Positions 45,850-54,287 of a DNA stretch of 64,000 bases are shown here, piece after piece. The notes beneath the pieces are model-generated. The model saw nothing but the letters and a program-made list of their open reading frames with translations, was not told the DNA's origin and ran no database searches. Source of the DNA: an uncultured virus (IMG/VR IMGVR_UViG_3300031998_000049) (Duplodnaviria > Heunggongvirae > Uroviricota > Caudoviricetes); the IMG/VR virus record IMGVR_UViG_3300031998_000049; one strand, given 5' to 3'. Both the position numbers and the translations under genes were made by a program. Within the stretch, counting starts at the first letter, position 1, and each line of letters starts with the position of its first letter.

Positions 45850-46347
45850 ATGGCTGATGAAATGATGAACCATTGGGGTCTCTCTCCCTATGAGAGCTTC
45901 AAGGTGTCGGAAATGTCGTCCCGTCGTCCCTCCGGTACGGCAGTGGCCGGTCTCGTCCTTGGCACCGTTGGTGCCGCCCTCGGCATCGGTGCGTGGATTT
46001 TCGCCCCTATCTTCTCCAACGCAAAGGCAAACGGCGTCCGCGACCTTGCCAACGCGCAGTTCAACGCGAACAACCAGCAGCTTGCTACGCTGACCAGCCT
46101 CCTGGCCAACGAGCGGGCAGAGCGCGTCGCGCAGGGTTACACTATCACCAACACGATTAACGATAGTGTTAGTGGAAGCCAGCAGGGCACTTTAACCGCT
46201 CAACAGGCAGCGGAACTTTCTGCTGTCCAAAGCGTCCAGAACACCCTCTTCAATCAGGCTGTGCTTGGCAACATGCAGCAGTGCCCGCAGAAGGTGGCTA
46301 TCTGGCGCGATGCGACGGCGTGTGGCTGCCCCGGTTGCGGCGAGTAA
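45850..46347 (+). CDS. hypothetical protein (TM plus Gln/Ala-rich, Cys tail)
   Basis: 165-aa ORF ending CGCPGCGE. Confidence 0.75.
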   Translation: MADEMMNHWGLSPYESFKVSEMSSRRPSGTAVAGLVLGTVGAALGIGAWIFAPIFSNAKANGVRDLANAQFNANNQQLATLTSLLANERAERVAQGYTITNTINDSVSGSQQGTLTAQQAAELSAVQSVQNTLFNQAVLGNMQQCPQKVAIWRDATACGCPGCGE

Positions 46348-46399
46348 TCCATTCGAGGGGGCGCGCAACCCCGCCCCCTCTTATGATTAGTTCTTTGAC

Positions 46400-47035
46400 T
46401 TATTGACAAGATTTTTCGTAGTCGGGTAGATACATCCACGAGTAACCTTTGTATTGTGGTTTTTTTCCGCTACAACAACGGCTTACCGCAGAATGGTGGA
46501 ATCCGAATCTTTCGCACTCCGCCAACGACACGAAGATACGAACAAGGCGTCCACACTTAATCTGCGCCACCTTCTTTTCCAGAGGTACATTTGGCACACC
46601 AATACGAGCAGAGCTTGCAAGTAGAGATCGCCGCTTTGATATTGGATTTGATAGGTTCATCGCTTGCGTACACCACCTCAAATTCTCAACACGATTATTG
46701 AGTCCGTTCGTGTCAATGTGATCAACATTTGGATAACCATCCGGGTTAGGAATGAACGCCATTGCAACAAGACGATGACCGGCCATGTGATAGCGTTTAC
46801 CACCCTTCCTAAAGGTGAAGATGTTATATCGGACGGTGTTTGTGTAATGGACGACATCCCCTCTTATGAGTTTTTGTTCGGTGTGGTGAAGAACACCATC
46901 ACTTCTAACATACTCTCGGTACATCGTGGCGACTCGTCCAAAAGACGATACCATGTAATATCCCTCCCACCCGACAACATCTCTCCACTCTTCTCCTTCG
47001 AGCCTAATAGACTCGATAAACTCTTGATTTGTCAT
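46400..47035 (-). CDS. NUMOD4-HNH homing endonuclease
   Basis: EEWRDVVGWEGYYMVSSFGRV; HRLVAMAFIPNP; VDHID...NNRVENLRW. Confidence 0.92.
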   Translation of the reverse strand: MTNQEFIESIRLEGEEWRDVVGWEGYYMVSSFGRVATMYREYVRSDGVLHHTEQKLIRGDVVHYTNTVRYNIFTFRKGGKRYHMAGHRLVAMAFIPNPDGYPNVDHIDTNGLNNRVENLRWCTQAMNLSNPISKRRSLLASSARIGVPNVPLEKKVAQIKCGRLVRIFVSLAECERFGFHHSAVSRCCSGKKPQYKGYSWMYLPDYEKSCQ

Positions 47036-47158
47036 AATGCCTCAAGTTTTATGCGATTCAAGACTATAATAGAAGGGGAAAGAGGTCTTGAAACTCTTGT
47101 CAGTAGGTTAATTACTCCTACCTATTCCCCGATACAAAGATAATAAAATTCGGGATAA

Positions 47159-47503
47159 ATGTTCAACAAAAACAAACGGCTATCCGAGATGGCTTCAATG
47201 ATCAAACCAACAAGCAAGGCCGCACTCAAGCAGCAAGCCCTATACCTCTCGCGTTTCGATGTGGCAAAAGCGGAGAAGATGTACGATTTCCTCGTCAAAG
47301 GCATGGAGGATGCGTTGCCGGATGTTGAGCCGGAGTCCCGGTCTTTCATCCAAAACTTCGGCGAACAGGCGAACGGCATCTTCGGGTGGCTTCGTGAGAA
47401 CCAAGATATGCTCACGCAAGGGCTGGACTTCGTTCGCGGTGTCCTTCGCGGAAGAAAAGGCGCTCCGGCACCAGCTTCTCCGCTTCCCCCGATAAACGGG
47501 TAG
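47159..47503 (+). CDS. hypothetical protein
   Basis: 114-aa ORF. Confidence 0.75.
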   Translation: MFNKNKRLSEMASMIKPTSKAALKQQALYLSRFDVAKAEKMYDFLVKGMEDALPDVEPESRSFIQNFGEQANGIFGWLRENQDMLTQGLDFVRGVLRGRKGAPAPASPLPPING

Positions 47504-47506
47504 CCT

Positions 47507-47695
47507 ATGAGCGGATTCGAGATGAAGTTCAATGTGTATGCCAACTCCCAGGAGGAGGCAGACCGGGCGTCCGCAGCCGTCAAGGGCTTTGTGTCAGCTA
47601 TGGCGGAGAAAGGGATAGCCGTCACCGCAGACAAAATCACCGCCGCCGTTGAGCGGTGGAAAGGAAACTACTTCGTAACTAATTATTTTAAATAG
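47507..47695 (+). CDS. hypothetical protein
   Basis: 62-aa ORF in operon. Confidence 0.7.
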   Translation: MSGFEMKFNVYANSQEEADRASAAVKGFVSAMAEKGIAVTADKITAAVERWKGNYFVTNYFK

Positions 47696-47696
47696 G

Positions 47697-47939
47697 ATGG
47701 AAGAAAAAAGATGTACGGGCGATTGCCTCAAATGCTCGTTCCAACAACAGGTGTATTGCGCGGCCCAGCATGGTCACGCCATCATGACCTTCTTGCCGGG
47801 CATCATCGAGCGGCTTGACAGAATCGAAAACGCGATGGCCAAGTTCGGCCAGGCAGACATCATCAACCCCTTGAAGAAAGAAGATGAAGCACAGAAAGAC
47901 CCCGGTGCAGAGAATAGGGGGTCCTCAAAAACAATCTAA
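47697..47939 (+). CDS. Cys-rich hypothetical protein
   Basis: CTGDCLKC...YC. Confidence 0.7.
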   Translation: MEEKRCTGDCLKCSFQQQVYCAAQHGHAIMTFLPGIIERLDRIENAMAKFGQADIINPLKKEDEAQKDPGAENRGSSKTI

Positions 47940-47951
47940 TCTTTCATAACA

Positions 47952-48410
47952 ATGGCTTGTTACAACAATGGGCAGACCTATGTGAACACTTGCATCCCTG
48001 CCCCCGGCGCTACCGCCACCGATGCCACCTATGTGGTGGACCTCACTCATTACCTCTGCGGCAACCGCAAGGTCTGCGCGAACGGGGCTTACCCGATTTC
48101 TGGCGACCTCAAGTACACCGCCCTCGGCGCTCCGCAGTCCGTAGGCAACGATGCCTATGTCATCGACATCCTGATCACCGGCAACGTGACCTACATGCCG
48201 TACCGCAATGGTCAGTACCAGTGCGGCTGCGAGTGTGCGTGTCCGAAGACCGACAACATCTACGCGACCGTCAGCGTACCTTGCGGCTCGGCCACCGCGC
48301 CCACCATCACCGCAGGGACCGTGATCGCGTCGCCCACGAACATGCGCGACTGCTGCAACATCACCAATGCCGTCTCTCTCGTTTGCTCTTTCAACCTGGC
48401 GACCGCTTAA
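47952..48410 (+). CDS. Cys-rich beta protein
   Basis: 152 aa, many Cys, strong codon bias. Confidence 0.75.
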   Translation: MACYNNGQTYVNTCIPAPGATATDATYVVDLTHYLCGNRKVCANGAYPISGDLKYTALGAPQSVGNDAYVIDILITGNVTYMPYRNGQYQCGCECACPKTDNIYATVSVPCGSATAPTITAGTVIASPTNMRDCCNITNAVSLVCSFNLATA

Positions 48411-48413
48411 ACT

Positions 48414-48794
48414 ATGTGGAGGGAGGCCGCATTTCTCGTCATCGGATGCGTCCTGTTCATAAGCATGGGCCTATCCGATGAGGTGCAGAGGAGGATTGGC
48501 ATACAATCCAAGTTCCTCTCCTGCCCGAAATGCCTATGCTTCTGGTCAACGCTCCTCCTCCTGCTCATAAGCGGATGTGAACTAATAACCGCAGTTTGCG
48601 CCTCCTTCCTTTTTTCTTATGTTGCTATGTGGGCCGACCTCGGCCTATCAATGCTAAACAAGAAGTACAATGAACTTTATAAACAAATATCCGACACCGA
48701 GGCCGCAAAGACCAAACCCGACAAGAAACGCAACAACGCAAAGGCCGGTGCGAGTCGTCCCGGCGTGTCCGAGGTGCGGAGGAATCACAAGTAG
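48414..48794 (+). CDS. membrane protein
   Basis: TM segments, CPKCLCFW. Confidence 0.7.
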   Translation: MWREAAFLVIGCVLFISMGLSDEVQRRIGIQSKFLSCPKCLCFWSTLLLLLISGCELITAVCASFLFSYVAMWADLGLSMLNKKYNELYKQISDTEAAKTKPDKKRNNAKAGASRPGVSEVRRNHK

Positions 48795-48799
48795 AAAGA

Positions 48800-49303
48800 A
48801 TGGAAACACTCTATGAAATGACCAAGCGCCTCGGCAAAGGCCAGGGCGAAGGGATGATGTGGGACACCGTGAAGATCGTGTCCGATGCTGTTGAGGAAAG
48901 CATGTCCACCAAGGACAAGGAAGCCCTCTATGCAAAACTCTTCGGCATGCTCTCCGGCGGACACTTCGACGAAGACCACGCCACCAACGAGGTGGTAAAG
49001 ATGTACTACATAGATAAGGACGGCGCAAAGCGATACGCGCCGTTCTGGACGATTCCGGAACTGGAGGAGGTCTATGAGTCCGTAAAGGACCAGATTCCGT
49101 CAGAATACAACGAGTGGGACTTCTATGTCACCATGCAGATGATGATGGCGAAGTACCGAGTCCTAATTGAGAAGTGGTGGCCGGGAATCAGCGCGGAAGA
49201 CCTCGCAGAAAAGGTAAGCGACCTCTCGGTCAACTACCTGGCCGACAAGGACGGCATCCACGGAACGAGAAAGATATGGTGCGAACTGCACCCATCCAAA
49301 TAA
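48800..49303 (+). CDS. hypothetical protein
   Basis: 167 aa; YNEWDFYVTM...YLADKD...KIW. Confidence 0.75.
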   Translation: METLYEMTKRLGKGQGEGMMWDTVKIVSDAVEESMSTKDKEALYAKLFGMLSGGHFDEDHATNEVVKMYYIDKDGAKRYAPFWTIPELEEVYESVKDQIPSEYNEWDFYVTMQMMMAKYRVLIEKWWPGISAEDLAEKVSDLSVNYLADKDGIHGTRKIWCELHPSK

Positions 49304-49639
49304 TTATTCCTTGTCTCGAAGCCCCGCAGTGATGCGGGACTTTTCTTTTGCTATCCGCTCGACCTTATGCTCGATCTCTCTCAGTTCCTTGAGAAGACCA
49401 ACGATTGCGTTTCCGGACTCTCCGAGCGGGTTTCCCTCTCCAGTGAGAAGCCAGCGGCAGTTCAACTCAGGGAACGCCCTGGCGATCCGCTCCGCATAAG
49501 GGCCGATGTCCGGGCCGAGTTTACCAGACCGGAGAAGCGACACCTGGGACTTGCCGATGGATGTCTTGTCGCTGAACACCTGGGCGGTGCCGTCGCAAAG
49601 TGTTTCTATGATGTAGTTGATTCTATCCGCCGAGTTCAT
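49304..49639 (-). CDS. CI-like HTH repressor
   Basis: FPELNCRWLLTGEG. Confidence 0.7.
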   Translation of the reverse strand: MNSADRINYIIETLCDGTAQVFSDKTSIGKSQVSLLRSGKLGPDIGPYAERIARAFPELNCRWLLTGEGNPLGESGNAIVGLLKELREIEHKVERIAKEKSRITAGLRDKE

Positions 49640-49953
49640 TTCTTCAATATTTTTGCGAGTTCTTCCAAGTTACCGATAATGATTGTTTGTGGAGGCGCCG
49701 CTGGCGTCAACTCCTCGGATTTCGGCTTTGTTACCATATCGCCGTCTCCGAGGATGAGCCAGGTTGGGGAAATTCCCAAGTCGGAAGCAAGAATATCATA
49801 TATAAGGTCGAATCCCGGAGCAGTACCCTTACCCCCGACAATATCCTTCACGGCATCCGCTTTTCGCCCTATATGGCGGCAGAACTCAGACTTATTCCCT
49901 CCGCAGAGGGCGTCAATCGCCATAGCGATCCGTTTTCTGATGTCCCTATCCAT
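49636..49953 (-). CDS. CI-like HTH repressor
   Basis: NKSEFCRHIG...ISPTWLILGDGDM. Confidence 0.75.
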   Translation of the reverse strand: MDRDIRKRIAMAIDALCGGNKSEFCRHIGRKADAVKDIVGGKGTAPGFDLIYDILASDLGISPTWLILGDGDMVTKPKSEELTPAAPPQTIIIGNLEELAKILKK

Positions 49954-50500
49954 AACACAAATTCTTGAGGTACAATAAGTTACAAAAAGGGGCAAAAATT
50001 TTTGTGAAATTTCCCAAGTTTTTCTTGCATATTTCGGGAATATTCCCCAACTTTGCAATCGGACAAGGATAACTAACCGAGTCGATTGACAAAAGTGAAA
50101 GGATACTCCCACAAAAAGAGTCTTGCCCTATAAAAACATTATAGCGAGTGTTTTCGGCGGCAAAGATAGCGAGTTCTCTTCACATTTACAAATCACCCAA
50201 TAAGTAACATTCCATTGTCCCTCCCGTCCATCCGAGTATTTGGTGGACTAAGCCCAAGCGCGGGTCACTAAAAAACGCATCAGCCGAGGAAACTTTCCGG
50301 GTTGAGGAGATGAAAGAGAGTTCGGAGGTGCGAGCGCGGCAGCGGAGGAAGCTGCGGTGAAAGCCGGGAGAAATCGGCGCACGGGGATGCACGGCATTAC
50401 CCTACCATCCAAATCAAAAGTCCGTAACGCACCGATGCCCAGTTCCAAGCCTGGGATGCAAGAATGCGGAGGACGACCAACTTCAAACACGAAACTAAAG

Positions 50501-50734
50501 ATGGATATTAAGAAGATCAACGAATTTATGTCCCAGTCCCGCTGGACCGACATGCTCAAGGAACTGACGCCGGGAAAGCACATTCTCCCCTGCCCTTCCG
50601 TTGACGCGATCCGGTCCTGCAAGGCTATCGCGTACTCTCTCAATTCCGACAGGAAGGGGCGCAGATACACTTTCCATGTCGATAAGGCGAAACTCTCCGT
50701 GACAATCAATGTTGAGGAATATGGAAACGATTAG
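50501..50734 (+). CDS. hypothetical protein
   Basis: 77-aa ORF. Confidence 0.65.
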   Translation: MDIKKINEFMSQSRWTDMLKELTPGKHILPCPSVDAIRSCKAIAYSLNSDRKGRRYTFHVDKAKLSVTINVEEYGND

Positions 50735-50975
50735 CCTTTCTCCTTCGGACCGAACGCTTATCTCAAAACTCATAGAATCCAACAACCGCCTGGCTGATGC
50801 TCTCACGCAGAAGAAGACCGAGCGTGTCTTCTCGTGCCGCGAGTTCGCAAAGATGATTGGCAAATCGCCGCAAACCATCTCGCGCTACATCGCCCAGGGA
50901 AGGATCAAGAAAGCGGTTCGTGGAGGAGTAATCGGAATACCGGAAAGTGAATTACAGAAGATAAACGCGCAGTGA
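50721..50975 (+). CDS. excisionase-like HTH protein
   Basis: FSCREFAKMIGKSPQTISRYIAQGRIK. Confidence 0.75.
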   Translation: METISLSPSDRTLISKLIESNNRLADALTQKKTERVFSCREFAKMIGKSPQTISRYIAQGRIKKAVRGGVIGIPESELQKINAQ

Positions 50976-51034
50976 TGCGCTCTCTTTTTCCATTGTTTTT
51001 TACTAATAATCTCCGATAGTCAAAACTATCTGTT

Positions 51035-51140
51035 AGGGGAACGGCCCGGCTGGTCTGGGCGAGAACCGGCATGAATCTTTCGTGAGTTGCAAGCTCGCGC
51101 CGGGAGAAAGGCGAGGGTTCGATTCCCTCTTCCCCTTCAA
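51035..51140 (+). ncRNA. tRNA-like element with elongated anticodon arm (Cys-like GCA loop)
   Basis: Acceptor AGGGGAA/TTCCCCT, D arm GCCC/GGGC, T arm GAGGG-TTCGATT-CCCTC. Confidence 0.6.
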
Positions 51141-51221
51141 AATCAGACACGCTAATTCATCTCTACAATTTTGTTTCACCAACCCCCACGCCGTCTGAGT
51201 GGGGGTTAATCTTCGTTTGTT

Positions 51222-51923
51222 ATGGAATGGATTTACACCAATGATAACCCACTCAAGGTTGTCACGCTCTGCTCCGGATATGACTCGCAGCTTATGGCTC
51301 TCCGAAACATCGGAATCCCCTATGAATGTGTTGCATGGAGCGAAATCGACCCTTTCGCCATCCGCGCACATAATGCGGTCTTTCCCGAACTCGCGGACAA
51401 GAACCTCGGCGATATGACGAAGATCGACTGGAGCAAGGTGCCGGATTTCGACCTACTCTTCTACTCCACGCCATGTACCGATTTTTCAAATGCCGGCAAG
51501 CAGGCAGGCGGCGAAGAGGGTTCGGGTACAAGAAGTTCAATCCTATGGTGGACGCGCTATGCCATTCTCCAGAAGAAGCCGAAGTACCTTATCATGGAGA
51601 ATGTGAAAGCGCTCGTGAGCGAGAAGTTCAGACCGCTCTTCCTGAAATGGTGCAAGGAACTTACCGAATACGGATACACCAATTTCCAGCAAGTCCTCAA
51701 CGCAAAGGACTACGGAATCCCACAAAACCGAGAGCGAATCTTCGTGGTTTCCATCCTCGGCGATGCGTGGTACAATTTCCCTCAGCCGATGGAACTCAAG
51801 CTGCGCCTCAAGGATATGCTTGAGGAGAAAGTTGATGAGAAATACTACCTTGACCAAGAGAAAGTCAACCAGTTCATAGATGGCCTTACCGAAGAGAAAA
51901 AGCAGTTGCTTGAGCGGGGGTAA
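51222..51923 (+). CDS. dcm: C5 cytosine methyltransferase, N-terminal half (motifs I-VIII)
   Basis: TLCSGYD, EID, DMTKID, STPCTDFSNAG, ENVK, QNRERIF. Confidence 0.93.
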   Translation: MEWIYTNDNPLKVVTLCSGYDSQLMALRNIGIPYECVAWSEIDPFAIRAHNAVFPELADKNLGDMTKIDWSKVPDFDLLFYSTPCTDFSNAGKQAGGEEGSGTRSSILWWTRYAILQKKPKYLIMENVKALVSEKFRPLFLKWCKELTEYGYTNFQQVLNAKDYGIPQNRERIFVVSILGDAWYNFPQPMELKLRLKDMLEEKVDEKYYLDQEKVNQFIDGLTEEKKQLLERG

Positions 51924-54287
51924 TCCAACGACTGGGAACATACGGCTCGATGCTATGCTCTCTCGTCTTCTTGGTCTTCCTTGTGGTGTGTATTTCCTGG
52001 ATTGCTACAACCTTGCATCGCGCGATAGGACGACATGCACAATCAAGTCAAGCATCAACCAAAACAATGACAAGTTCATCCTTGAAATCTCCGAATGATC
52101 CAGTTCCGATAGCCGTACTTGGAAGCGCTCAACGGAATGCTTTCTTCGGTCTTGTCACATCTTACTGCTCTTGCGTAACCGCGGCTTGTGGAATGGGCGG
52201 CGGCCAGATTCCTATGATAATTGAGTCTTATGATACGCATTAGACCGATAAACATAGATAGGGGGGGCGGCGAAATGTATCAAGGCAGGATACTACAAGT
52301 ATGGTTGGACGAACTTCACGAGAAGCCTTCTTGGAATAAAGGACGGGTTCTCCGCAACCGCAATCATTGAGATACATGATAACCCATGCCCTAACAACAC
52401 GGAATCCGAAAAAGAACTACGATAGACCATCGTGGGCATCCATCGCTGGTGCGCTCCTCGCTACCGACTACAAATCTCCACCACTCGCTCTACTCGTTTA
52501 TGAACAAGACGACAATACGGAACGAGATCATAATTGCATTTAAGGTAGGACGGCATCAGCAAGACCGGATCATCTCAACAGAGGGGGTTCTTCCAACGAT
52601 TCCCGCCGGGCATCACAACAATGCTCAATGGATGAACCTTATTCTTGTCTATGAAGAAGACAATACCAATCAACACAACGGCTGACGGATGTGCATTCAC
52701 GATAGTCACACGATACGAGGGAAGAGCATATCTAAAGTCTATGACGGGGGGGGCGGATACTATCCATGCACCGGCGTCCTTGAAGTGTCGGACGATTCTG
52801 AACCCCTGCAAGGGCGGAATCTGCAAGACGATATACTCAAGAGTCGGTAGGCTCTCCTGGGAGAACTACCTTGGTCGTCTTGAACACGGCGGATGGGACT
52901 GCCAAATGACGAGCATCCTTGAGGTCTATGAAGAAGATACTCCCAATGAACCCAATGCCGGACGGAACGGCGCGGACGCTGAAAGCACAATACTTTAAGA
53001 ACTCGTTGGCCAATTTTGTCCGTAACGGCTCGTTTGCCGCTACTGGCGCCATAGAAATATCCAATGCTGAACAACAAAAGGCTTGAGGCCATCCTTTCCG
53101 TTGCGGCGAGCAGCGAGCTTGATTGCGGTCTATACATCCTTGACTGCTATATGGGGAGAACCATTAGAAAGGACTACTCTCACGCAATAACCACCAGGAC
53201 GGCTACCGACAGCAACACATTCGTCCTTGAAATCAATGACAACTTGGATCATCCCAACGAAAGGGAAAGGGCATGAAGTCACCGCAAGGAACATCGCAAA
53301 AGACGACCCAACCGACATCTGCCGTCCGCTTACAACAGACCCTTGGGACAACGCCCTACTCTATGAATACGATTCGGATACCGCAAGCGACCGGGATAGG
53401 ATTCATTGAGGTTAAGCAGGGGGGAGTATTTGATATGTCCTACCCGACGAGCAAGACCCGCCGTGGCCGCGTCCAGGACAACGGCGAGGTGTCACCAACG
53501 ATAACCTGCAACCCGGAAATCTACTATTATGAAGGTACAAGAGAAGAATGAGGGCGTTTGGTACAAAGGACGCTTCTGCCCCGTATGGGGGGGGCTGTAT
53601 ATTTCAAACTCCGCAGACTTCGACCACGGCGCACTGCCGGACATTTCCAGGACGCTCAAAGCCGGCAAGCACGATGCTGCCGTAGTTGTAGAATATGAAT
53701 ACGAATAGGGTTGTTGAGGTTGGCAACATGGTCCGCACTGGGAACTGGGACTCTCCGCAGAGAGGACGGATTTATTCTCCACGCGGATGCAGCCCAGCAT
53801 TAAACACTTGTTGTGGGGGGGGCTTGGAACCAAAGATAATTCTCTATGAGGAAGATAAAGGTCTTCATCCTGACGAGGGAACGGAGCGAGGAAGAAAAGC
53901 TGCGTCGGCATCTATATGGGGATAAGGGGGCGAAGTTCTCCGGAGGGAAAGTTCCGAAACTTGCCCCCCCCTATGTCATAGGAACTATAACTACAATGGT
54001 CACGAAAGACCTGCTCCTCGCAGAAATATATGAAGACAATAATTCCTTACGATGATTATAACCATCAAATCCATATAGGGTGTGGCATAATTGGAACGGT
54101 CGCCCAAAACTTTGGAAGAGAGGCGTTGAGGAATGGCTGGAAGATAATCGAAGTATATGAAACCGAAAATTTACCAAATAGGCCAGATATGGAAAAGCGA
54201 GGCTAATGGTTGGGTTTACCATAGGGGGGGGGGCTTTCCCCTACCATCTGCTGCGGAGCGCATAGCGGAGTACAACCGAAGATAGTT
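51915..54287 (+). other. array of ~16 small target-recognition-like methyltransferase modules in staggered +1 frames
   Basis: ORFs starting at 52230, 52376, 52500, 52651, 52928, 53064, 53236, 53363, 53529, 53695, 53846, 54030, 54157, plus ATG-less units near 51915, 52090, 52785; motifs such as RIYSPRGCSPALNTCCGGGLEPKI, SYPTSKTRRGRVQ..VSPTIT, LLATDYK, RTLKAQY. Confidence 0.8.

Noticed and set aside
51915..54287. Methyltransferase middle as a decayed pseudogene, or as stop-codon reassignment
   Set aside because: Breaks are frame changes of one register at module boundaries with a shared junction motif; all long genes read normally in code 11 using TAA, TAG and TGA stops
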